DNA of 64,000 nucleotides from Botryllus schlosseri (Eukaryota): NCBI GenBank assembly GCA_051294905.1, contig CM119372.1, positions 20,462,001 to 20,526,000 of the forward strand, read 5' to 3'. Shown piece by piece: positions 53,282 to 64,000 of this stretch (position 1 is its first letter; each line of letters starts with the position of its first letter). The notes under the pieces were generated by a model. It saw only the letters and a program-made list of their open reading frames with translations, ran no database searches and was not told where the DNA came from. The position numbers and the translations under genes were made by a program.

Positions 53282-53865
53282 AACACTCTGGTTCTACAAC
53301 GGAAATACTATTATTACTTTTACAGGTATCTGGTTGATCTAACCCTGCGTGGAAGAGTTGACAGCATTTATCATGTTTTACTTTGTCATTGCTAACTACA
53401 ACTGCCTGGATTTCTTAAATTCGGTCTACGACCCATTGCTGCAAAACTACACATTGGTATTGTTAGTATTTTTGTTGATGAGATGCTCAAAGCATCCTTG
53501 ATATTGTGCCTTGCTATTGGTGCATTCGCTGCTGTAGTCCCGTTCCACGGGACTGTTGAAATCATAGATTTTCGCTTTAAGCCGAAGGCTTGCTGTCGGC
53601 ATTGTTGCACTAGTTTTGTACGTCAATTATGTTTCTGTAATTCTTGGAGATCATGATAATTTGATGCAATTACAATGATCGATACATCAAAATACCCTTC
53701 AAACATATGGTACTGGTTGATATAGGCTACTACGTATTACGCGGAAGATTTCAAGCATGTCAGATATAGTCGGCAGATCTTGAGGAAGAAGCGGTGCATT
53801 CACACTTGTTACGCACTCAGTTGCAGCGTTGATCAAAGATGTTATTCTTGATTGGCCTACTCAGG
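53282..53865 (+). pseudogene. Possible decayed rhodopsin-class GPCR
   Basis: Ordered TM-like relics across shifting frames: NTLVL (TM1), YLVDLTL (TM2), ASLILCLAIGAFAAVVPF (TM3 lacking DRY), SRRLAVGIVALVL (TM4), FKHVRYSRQIL (end of TM5), SKMLFLIGLL (TM6). Multiple stops and frameshifts. Confidence 0.4.
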
Positions 53866-54901
53866 TGCAAGTAGTAGTGCAGTAAATCTTTTGCTCTAGT
53901 TGACGGAGAAGTAGGTATTTAAAGACTTGTCAAACCTACTTTAAGTATGACACGAAGGGTTTAAAGATACTTGAGTGGTGTGACCCAAACCTAGGCCGTT
54001 GGGATATTTGTCGGGTCGCTGTTGTCGGGCTTATTTCATTTGGGGCGAAAAAAGAACAATGCGACATTGAAATAATTTAAAACGCGACGAGATCACAAAA
54101 ATTGTAAATATATACTCTACGGCCCGTATTCGAGAAACGTTACTTTGTGCTCAAGCTCATTTTCATCCAAATTGCGTAACAATTTGATCACAATCGCAAG
54201 TTTTTTCGACCTGAATTTGTTTTTCAATTGGGAACCACTTATAGATTGACGAATTAAATTGGCTGTTGCTGCACGCGATTCTATTCGCCGATGACAGTTA
54301 AGAAATTTCAAGAATTATCTTCGTGCTCATTGCGTCATTGATGGCTGCAGTTTTTCAAAGTTAAATTTTGGCAGTGTCACGTAGATCCAATAAGTCAATA
54401 ACCAGAGGACTTGAAGTAGTGGGAACAGCCACTTTATTAAGTAGCGTAGTGAACAAAACTTTATAGTAGTTCGATACTGACCGCATGTGCGGTTAGTGCC
54501 AGAGGTGGTCACTGGTCAGTAACGAAATACTGTTGCAATCGATTAGTATATTCATATTGAAATGAACCCGAATTATTTCGGCTGACGCTCGTCAGTGGTA
54601 ATCGTCAGCAAGTAGTAGATCAATACGAATATATTATTCAATTGTTCATTGAAGGTCTGTACCTCCAAGAGCCTGTATTCAAATGCTACTACACTAGTCC
54701 AATGTGGATGGCATCATCCTATCTCATTACACCACATTGTGACTTCCGTATCGTATTGTAGCCTACATTGTGTTTCCCGAGAAGATGAAGATATAAACGC
54801 CTACGGTTGTTCGGCAAACTACTTGCTTTTTACAATTTTTATGTTGTAAAGTAGAAAGTACTTTGATGAATGATTGGGCTTGGGCACAAGATTCCTTGCA
54901 G

Positions 54902-55469
54902 CAGGGGCGGGCAACTTCTCCGGTCGACTGGACTGATATGGGAAAATGGAGTAGGCTACTGGTTGACAGGATTACAGAATCGACACAATAATCGCGTATT
55001 TATCCAACCGTACAAGGAATAAATCGTATCTGATGTAAACTTTAAGTTTAAAGCATTAGAAACCAGTAACAGTATTTAATGAATTTATTGACCTAATATA
55101 GGCCTACTTCAGTAGCTGTTGAGGTCAATCAGACATCAGTGATCGATCAAAGTTGTCAACGAGTTCTTTGAACTCTGACTGCATATTGGTTGCAGAAACC
55201 CAGACTACACGTGAACATCAGGCTATGTTTATGTTAGAACACAGCCTTGTCTTGTTAATGTTCGTGGTCGAACATGTTTGCTCGCGAATGGATCTAAACC
55301 CGAACAAAACATATAGTTTCATGGTCCTCTTTCTCAGGTTGACAAACTTGGATTCATTCCGTGAAGCATAAAATTTGTCAATACCTTCAGATTGGAATTT
55401 CACTTGCAGGGCAGAAATTCTCTGTGGGCCCTTCAAAACCCCGTCGCGGCCGTATGTTGCCCGCCCTTG
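54902..55469. mobile_element. hAT MITE
   Basis: CAGGGGCGGGCAAC...GTTGCCCGCCCTTG, TSD CCTTGCAG/CCTTGTAG. Confidence 0.75.
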
Positions 55470-56515
55470 CCTTGTAGGGTCGTGAGTCATTTGCGTTAGT
55501 CGTCAAAGATGGACCATGCAATTTCAAAACTAGGCACCTCCGAATAACTGCTAAAAGTTTGCGGCCCTTCGGCCAAATCTACTATTTTGAACTATACGTG
55601 CGCCTACTTGAGTACTTTTCATACCCTTCATTTTGTACGTTTACTTGAAGTAGTTTTGACATTACCTTGGAATTACAACTTTTACTTATGGTTGGGTAAA
55701 AATTTACTGCGCTACTTCCGCTTTTACTTGAGTAGTAGGGCTGAGTTCTGTTGGTTACACAACCGATACAGAAACTAGCAGCCAGCCAGATCAGTGTTTC
55801 TTAACCTGTTAGCGCTCGTACCCCTTGAGCTGTCATATGTTCCCCGCCGATCGCTGTGGCAATGCAGTTTGCTTGGTCGCAGGTGCACCGAAACGTCGTA
55901 GGTCTTTGTGCGCTTTGGTGCGGAAATTACGACCATCGCCGAAATGCGAGAGTGTGATGGTCCCGCACCAGCAGGTTTCCCACCCCTGGACAAAAGGATT
56001 CCAATGGCCTACTTAAGCCACCATTCTCTCATTGCGAAAAACGCTCTAGACTCATTTCTGTAACTTATGTTTTATTTTTATTGTTAACCTATACTATTAT
56101 TTTGTCGAGGGGATTTCATACCCAAATTGAAAGCAACAATATAATTTAATATTTTAAAGGAAAGCGCGAAGGAAATTTTCGAGTTGGAGAAATCCGACCA
56201 TACATTCGTCTCTATGTTGATTTGCAAAATCTTTTAGGTCTATAAATATGGTAGCGTATAATTTCCCACTGCATATCGTGCCCCCTACTTTGGTGCTTCG
56301 TACCCCTGGTTAAGGACCGCTGTGCTAGATGAATACAGACTATGAAATCGGTAACACAACAACAGCCTTCTGCATTTCTGTGTATAATATCGGACCAATG
56401 ACATACAGTGTTAGATGTATTAGCAGCGAAACAGATACAGCTGCCATACTGTTTCGGTGGCGAAATAAAATCCATGGCCAATGGCCATATATCCGTGTGT
56501 TACCCGCACTGAGAT

Positions 56516-59500
56516 CTATTGGACGACGAAATTTGTGTCGCTACCTATCCGGAGAAGCGCTAACGAAAGCGTCAGTATTCCAATGGCAATCGCTGCTCCT
56601 ATCAATCCTCGCAGTCGAATGTCTTCGCAATTGGGACTGATTAACGAAATGGATCCGCATTTCCCGCAGTAATTCGGAGCTAGGCATTCGCCTGGGCCGC
56701 AGCCTCGGGTACATATCGGTTTGTCGCACCTGAAAAGAAGAGTTGTATGTAGGCCTATTACACTTGATTGCTATAGTTTACAACAACGGAAGGCCTATCT
56801 TATTTACTTACTTACTGTAATGTAAGGACCAACGAATACCGGAATATTCATCGTTTTTTTAATACGCTGTCCAGAACCGAGGTCGACTCCAGAATTCCTA
56901 CCTTAGTGTTGGAGGTTTATCTAGGCCCCTCGCCATATCATCCGCGTAAGCGGTGTCTTACTGAAAGCCGAGAAGTGGGCGGTGCGGCAGTTACGGAATC
57001 AAAAATAATGAATATCGGCTTGGTGTATGACCACTGTAGTCGATAAACACCATGAATACCACAAACAACAACAGAACCTTTGGTGAACTGTCAACAGCCT
57101 TGTAAGGTGTTCGTTTCAATATTGATGAAAAACACGCAGATTCAAGTGAGCTTCGCTACTCCAAGTAGAAGCATAACATCGTGAATAGCTACTCCATTCA
57201 GCAATTAATCAGATGCCTTTCGAAATTACAAGATGTATGTTCGCGACCTACACAAAATGATATGACACTACGAATCGGTGCAATATTCCAATCTATATTT
57301 AGTGACTCTGATACAGGGACTACTTCATTCGATTTTACAACATTATTGTCGAACTCCAAAACACACTTTTTACTTTTCATAATTCAAAGTAAAAAAGTAA
57401 GTAGTTTTCAATTAGAAGTTGAAGTAGTGACCATCTGACTAAGTGGTGCACGAGTACTTTGAAAAAGTAGAAATACACAGTCACTGACAGCCTCCTAGTA
57501 TAAGGTTATGGCAAATTTCTTGTAACGGCTTGTGTTCCAAGACTAAGGATGGCCGAAGCAAGGGAGAAACTCCTGTATAATCAAAACTATCATACATAAT
57601 GCGTAATGGCCTAATCGCCCAATGTATTACTTCGTGTTATCATCATTTTATCAATTGAAACAAGATATTATTAGGATGTATCAAATATATTAAAAGATTT
57701 GCAATAAATGAGGGGAACGAACCGAAACGATTTACGAATTCAAATTATTGGGACGATGTCTGACTTTATGGTTGCTCTTCACCTCCTTTCTTCCGGCATC
57801 CCTGATCAGTCTAATCGGCACCCAGACTGAGAACCATTGCACTAGACCAGGGATTCTCAACCCGCGGCCCGCATGCGGCCCGCATACGTATATTTTGCGG
57901 CCCGCGACATCTTTCATTATAAACGCAATTACTAATTACACGGTATTGTTACAAATTAATTTAGATACTTGGCTCTTTTATCGCACCGTCTCTGTTTCGT
58001 TTGATTACTCATTCTTGAAGACAGTGGTTCTCAAACTGGGGGCGCGCGCCCCCTTTGGTGCGTGAAGCATCTGAAGGGGCGCGAAGCTGCGGTCAACTGA
58101 AAAAAATTTCGCGCTGCGCGCAATTTATTCAATTCATAGTTCTCTCTCTGTGTATAGTCCGAATTTCTTATTTGATAAATTCTCTAATCAACGGCTATAA
58201 CCTTCTATGCTAGCATTCAGGTTGCATTTTGTTATATGACGATAAGGGGGCACGAAATTTTTCCGTATCAAAAGGGGGGGGGGGCGTGACTAAAGAAAGT
58301 TTGAGAACCACTGCTTCAATGTGTTCTCGTTTCTTGAGATATTCTCGACTTCAGATTGTTATTGTTTTGAATCATTATTCGGCTGGACTCTGGTTCAAGA
58401 GAATCCCGCCACTTAGTAGGCCTACACTTTTTGACTCACTGCGAACGGTTGTTGAGATTGCCGACGGCGTTACAGAAGCATCGTTTAAAATTGCTTCGAA
58501 TATCGCTAAACCCAAGAAATCTGATATAGAGGGTGTGATTTCAATAAAATCGTAACATACTTTGCGAATATTTGCTGTTTCCGGAACTTGGCAGCAAAGA
58601 CAACATCACCTGACAAATTTCGAAGATACAATCGTTTGATTCAATCCTGACCAGACCAGTAGCATCAATACCAGTCAATCTTTTATCGCCTGTTCTGAAA
58701 CACGTTGCCGCGTAGACTACTTTTACACGGCCTTGGATGAATCCACCGACATTGTATAACTAATTATTTGGTTGAATTTTATCAGAGTGGACATATATGC
58801 GGAGAAATGCTGGCTGGGCAAACGTGGGGACGGGACCAGCGAAAAATATCAACTTGACAAATCTGACTTCTGTAGCTATTGGTACAGGGCCCCCGGCATG
58901 AACGGAAAAGAGAAATGTTGATTGGTTTGCTCAGAAATGCCTCCAAACACCAGACTTCTTCTCATATCACTCAGAGCTCAATGTGATAATGGTCTCTGTA
59001 AGGCAAAAGTTATATTAATTTTATACTTGCTCGCCCACGCATTGGAAGTTGGAACAGAGAGTTCGGCTCTCCGGTGGAGGGATTTGAAGTTGCATATACC
59101 GACTTGACAACGAATGTAATGCACCCTCCATGAAGGGATTTACATGCACCGCTAGAAGATACATATTCTCACAAGCAGCAGCTGCAAACTTACGAACGCT
59201 GTCCATTATTACTTTATAATGCATAGAAATGTACTAAATGCCGGTATACGACTGGTAAATAGGCTACAATAGCCTAAATCTAATAGTAGCCCATGAATAC
59301 AAGGCAACATTTTTCTGCGGCCGCAGCGTCTTTTTCTGTTAAAATGCGGCCCGTTATACAAGGGAAGTTGAGAACCCCTGCACTAGACCCTAACTGGTAG
59401 CATGATCAACCCTTCGCATCGTTTAAAACGCGCCGCGTCACGGCGTTCGACCACACAACGCCGCGCACGCCGTGCTATCTCGATACATTCTCGACTTTCG

Positions 59501-61906
59501 TTCTCCATCTTGAGCGAATTGAAAGTCCATAAGACAATCTCCGGTTCTCTGCCCATGTACTTCGGAGATTGCTCGGTGCTTGGGCCCATACGAATGCAAC
59601 TAATTCCTTCGCGTAAAGTGTTTTTATGTCAAGATGCGCATTTTAAAAAAGATAATAAGTGGTCACCAACGCCTTTACCACTGTGCGTCATGTTCGATAA
59701 CAAATCCATTTGTGAAAGTTGTTGTTGTTAATTATACCAAAAATCACGTGCTTATCATCTGTTGGTCTTTTGCATTTGTGATAGTACATTCTCAGTTATA
59801 TAATCTATTAATAAGCTATAAGCGAAACTTGATTCAGCGAACACTGGTAGATAAAACAGAACGAGTTATTAAACCGATTATACATTTCGAAGTTTGTCGT
59901 TGGAAAACGTGGCCTCATAACTGCCAGGATTCGAGCAACCTGTCCAAAAATATTTGGACAAGAAATTGTAAATACAAGGAAGTATGCTTGATTAAACCTG
60001 CGTCAGTTTTATTTATAGTCCAGTGGTTCGGAGTGACTCGGGTTCGGGTGGTTCTTAACCAAACGTGGATCGCAGAGCCTTTGAAAATGGTTCGCGGCGA
60101 CATTCTGGTTTCAAAATTAAAATTTGACTATTTTCATTTGCGAAATACGAGAAGGACATTATTCAAACTATGAGCAACGTATTCAAAATTTAACATGTGT
60201 CGTAGCAATGCTGCAGAAAAAATAACATGCGCTGGGGCCTACGATATCGTAGGCCCTCATGAGCGTTGTACGTCGGTATTCGTTCTACATATGACCAATC
60301 AATAAATCGACGGCATCCAATATAATCAGTCAATCACCACCGGCGTCGATATCTTTATTGCAGTTCATAATTTGTTCAGTTAAACCGGAGCATGGGTTAC
60401 GGCAGTTGCCGTATACGTAAAATTTTAACCATTGCCCCATCAAAATCTCACACAATTGTTCGAAGTCAAACAGTCACACCTGCCTCCAGGGGCACATTAG
60501 AATGACAACAATAGTGGCAGCAGGTTGGATATTTTCCTGTTCTTGTAGTTTTAACAGTGTAGTTTGTATAACTGTTTTACGTTGCAAGGAAAGAAACAAG
60601 GCTGTAGTTCTATCTAAGAAAAACATGAAAGGTTCGACGTCCGTCATGAAGTCGAAATCGTGGGCCATCTGCATTCCCATGAATACGATTTGTGATCAGC
60701 GCGGAAAAGGTTGAGAACCACTGAATAGTTGATCGAAAGTGCAAGCTGCACAGCTAGCATTAAAAATCAACATTTGATGGCACGGGAAGATTGAATGACT
60801 CTTAATTTCCCTGATATATCGAGCGAAGCACAGTTTTTTAATGAGGCAGCTAGTAATTGCCATGTGTCCATCCAATTGCGGAGTCTGTCCTAAATTTTAC
60901 AAACTTCTTTACGGTACCTCAACATCAAATAAATATAACACAATTGTGTCCATACTGTCCATATATTCAATTACCACAAAATCAGTATGATTGATGGAAA
61001 AACACAACGTTCACCGGAGGCAAATCCACCAAGTCTAAAATTCTGTATTCCGCCAACTATCAGAGCGTTCTGTGCTTGCCCGTCCACCTTCAAGCAGTCT
61101 CTATTTAATGACTCAATCGGGGTTTTAAGATTACCTGATCGGATTCTGATATCCGAGTGCATATGGGTGTCATGTGACGAAACGTGCCTCGAGCCTCATC
61201 ATCTCTTTTTTTAGTGTTTCTGTAGGCAATTTCTCATTTAGTGTGCATTGTGCAATGTGCAATTTGTGAAAACTTCTTTCTTTTTGACCTGTTTTTCCGT
61301 TTTGGTATAGGAAATACTGTGGGTTTGGTTGATTGAATTCACCATCCATCCTTCCTTTCTATCCATTGTATCCCAAATTTTGTGGTATTTAATTGTGGAA
61401 GTTTCAAATAGAATGATTATGTCATGAAATGTATTTTACGAGAATCCGCAACCTTCTTTAATAATTGGGAATGAATTTTGCGACGATTACATGCATTAGG
61501 CATTAAACAATCTTCTCCAAGAGTATCTAGTTTACACTGAATTACTAGATGTTGCCAATACTTACTAATATCATCTTCAACTCTGTCGGTTACGATATTT
61601 GATGAATAGTGAAAACTCACCAGATGGAATAGCTCGCAATATTAATATTAATTGATGTAATCGATCTTACCTAATGCCCGACCATCCGTCTTGGCAATTA
61701 TATGAGCATCTACCGTCGACTGATGAGCAGTTTCGGTCGTAAGGATTGAGGTTGGTGCTTGATTGCTGCGTACCTGCTAATCCAGGACTGCAATAGCCGC
61801 AGTAATTCTTACATCCCTCTCCCCAATAGCCTTGATCACATTGTCCGCTACAACTATCAGTAGCCAGCAACACAAACACTGTGATGATAACTAACGTACG
61901 ATACAT
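56516..61906 (-). CDS. Small single-pass membrane protein: signal peptide, two EGF-like Cys modules, TM helix, short tail (about 149 aa)
   Basis: Exon 61906-61671 (MYRTLVIITVFVLLATDSCSGQCDQGYWGEGC...CQDGWSGIR, donor GTAAGA) joins in phase to exon 56729-56516 (acceptor CTTCTTTTCAG; CDKPICTRGCGPGECLAPNYCGKC...SPNCEDIRLRGLIGAAIAIGILTLSLALLRIGSDTNFVVQ*). The junction completes CxxGWxGxxC. The 3' end could be longer through a donor near 56544. Confidence 0.75.
57848..59380 (+). mobile_element. Buster/Charlie (SPIN/GTF2IRD2-like) hAT deletion derivative in the intron of the EGF-TM gene
   Basis: CAGGGATTCTCAAC...GTTGAGAACCCCTG, exact TSD CACTAGAC. Transposase relics EASFKIASNIAKPKK and ALDESTDI. 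Nested MITE 58022-58313 is the same family as 36923-37232 and about 50584-50881. Confidence 0.85.
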
Positions 61907-62337
61907 CTTCCGGTATAAAGCTTATCAGAATTAAGCAGACAAATAAGCTACCGGTGCAGGTATGCCTCTACAGGTGGTTGCTTAGGCTATTGTGTCGTAT
62001 TTGACGAGGCTACTTTTGTGATAATGACATCATAACGATTCCAATTTTACCATTTTCGTGTTCAAATCAATTTAGGGCAACTGGTATGTAGGCTTATTCT
62101 GTGATTTCTAAAATATTACCAATAATTTGTGTCACAAGAAGCATTGACATTCATGACTTTCCTGTCTTCGAGCTCTTACTCATGACAAAGTATGACCCAT
62201 GAGGCCATTACCCATCTCCCGTACCAGATGATTCACTCTGGATAAATATCGCTAGTCAGCGCTACAGGGTCACCAACGTTGGGCCAATGGCCATCCCCGA
62301 ATAAATCCATCGAGAGCATTCTTAATCTAAGGGCGGG

Positions 62338-62476
62338 GATAATAAAGTTAGCTGATCCGGGGGTATGCTAATCAAGTAATCATGTGATTAAAAACTGCTA
62401 ATATGGACGCATTTTAGGCGTAGATAATAAAGTTAGCTGATCCGGAAGAATGCTAATCGTGTGATTAAATACTGTA
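62338..62476. repeat. Two-copy direct repeat (about 85-bp spacing)
   Basis: GATAATAAAGTTAGCTGATCCGG...ATGCTAATC...GTGATTAAA.ACTG occurs at 62338 and 62423. Confidence 0.7.
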
Positions 62477-62983
62477 GTTCAGGGGTGTCAAACTCAAATT
62501 GCGCCGCGGGCCGGATTCTACCCTTCTAATCGCCCACGGCCGGACGGATCAGCCGACCGATACCAAAATATACCTCGTGTCCTAGCTTATCACTTGAATA
62601 CAAAGCATTTATAGATAATACACCGATCATATACGAGGGGTTCTATTCCGACATGTCGCAACGCCTCTATTGGCGAACAATCGTGATGGCAGAAATACAA
62701 CGATTGTCCGTGTGAATACACTACAGCCGATAAAACAGTAGCGTTAACGACGATGTAAGTTGGCATATTTCTATGCTCCCTTTGCTGTAGTCTTAGTCTG
62801 CCGTTAGCCCCGCGTATTTGCTGTGAGGAATATTCTACATGATATTTAACTCTAAACGCGGCGTGAATTCGGGCTTTTATTATTGAATTGCCAGTCGGGG
62901 TTCTTATCCCAAGTCCGGGGACCTATATTCGATGGTAAGTGACACAGCAGTGCGACCATAGATATTTTGATTATATATTTGTG

Positions 62984-63740
62984 CAGGGTTGTAATGACTC
63001 GAGTCATGACTCGACTCGAGTCAGACTCGAGTCACGATATTTTTGTGACTCGACTTGACTCGAGTCATTTTCTTGAAATGGGAAAATGACTTGATTCGAC
63101 TCGAGTCAATATTTGGATTGACTCGACTTGTACTCGAGTCATTACGCATGACTCGACCCAAGTCATTGACTTGGTTTATTTTATATGACTCGAAGACGAA
63201 AAAATTTGCGAATCGTAACGGCTAGATCAACGCATCTGACGAATTCTGCCGACATCGCTATTTGTCACCACTGCTTTCGTTGCACTAGTCTGATATCAGA
63301 TAGGCCGCCGTAAAAACAACAGACAATGGTACATAGTAGCAATGCATTTGTACAAAATCATCCAGTGATGAAGAGGTAATAAATCCTCCGCAATTAAAGT
63401 GCCGTACTCAAGACTTTTCAATTATACAAGCAAAGAATCGAAGCAGAGTTCAATTAGAGCCAATGCAATGACTGAGATGGTCAAGTACTTGGAAGAGACT
63501 GATAAGCTCATGTGTAGATTTGAAGACGATGATTATTTGCATTTTTGGGCGACTAGAAAGAATGAGTATCCAACGCTCTTCAGTGAGGTTCAAAAATGCT
63601 TGTCAATTCCTGCATCTAGTGCACCAGTGGAAAGTGTATTCAGTAAATGTGGATTTATTCTAAGGCCACGCAGCTTTAATATATCTGGGAATCTCCTCTC
63701 CACTTTGGTATTTTTGAAGTGTAACTCATCATTGATTTGA
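62984..63740 (+). mobile_element. GACTCGAGTC-family hAT element left end plus transposase C-terminal dimerisation domain (ORF 63399-63740)
   Basis: TIR CAGGGTTGTAATGACTCGAGTC followed by FWATRKNEYPTL...LSIPASSAPVESVFSKCGFILRPR...LVFLKCN, the classic hAT dimerisation motif. The catalytic N-terminal part is absent and the right TIR is not seen in the window. Confidence 0.85.
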
Positions 63741-64000
63741 TCTGTCGTCTGTGAAAACACACAATACCCTCCGTCCATTTGACGTTTTATTAGGTATGTG
63801 CATTGTGCACGTGACTAATAATGAATGGTTAATGTTGTGTGATGTTTGTACAGTAGGGCTGTTCAAAAATAACTTCTTTTTTATTTTACTTTATGGCTAG
63901 GCTACTTGATAAAATTGTTATGTTGCATTAAAAGAACACTGAATCTGGTTAAATTTTAAAAAGTAGAATCAATGATATGAGAAGAGAAAATTTTGGATTT

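Noticed and set aside
59402..60173. ORFs of 109 aa and 179 aa (+)
   Set aside because: No recognisable motif or splice support. They lie in the intron of the EGF-TM gene and the longer one runs into a MITE.
61135..61219. Candidate alternative exon of the EGF-TM gene (minus) encoding ...MTPICTRIS..., echoing PICTR in exon 2
   Set aside because: Only a five-residue echo, and inclusion would shift the frame of the downstream exon. No further support.

Overview
Animal (invertebrate-like) nuclear genomic DNA with GT-AG spliceosomal introns. Many introns are about 59-70 nt; the long ones are filled with transposon debris. The species cannot be determined from the sequence alone. Five co-oriented + strand metabolic genes can be assembled by hand: the last two exons of a cytosolic sulfotransferase, an intronless BDH2/DHRS6, an 11-exon D2HGDH starting only 303 nt after the BDH2 stop, and two tandem 11-exon cystathionine gamma-lyase (CTH) paralogs. 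The second CTH paralog has a methionine-gamma-lyase-like substrate loop. On the - strand near the right end is a small two-exon signal peptide/EGF-like/transmembrane gene. The rest is a dense transposon landscape: hAT MITEs with 8-bp TSDs, foldback elements with 7-bp TSDs, a piggyBac-type element, a CR1/L2-group LINE split by a five-level nest, a Penelope GIY-YIG fragment, tRNA-derived SINEs and several transposase relics, one resembling hAT transposases best known from oomycetes, algae and mosses. Possible decayed genes (GPCR-like, LRR-like, and an antisense spliced skeleton) are noted at low confidence. All family assignments come from motif recognition by eye, not database searches.
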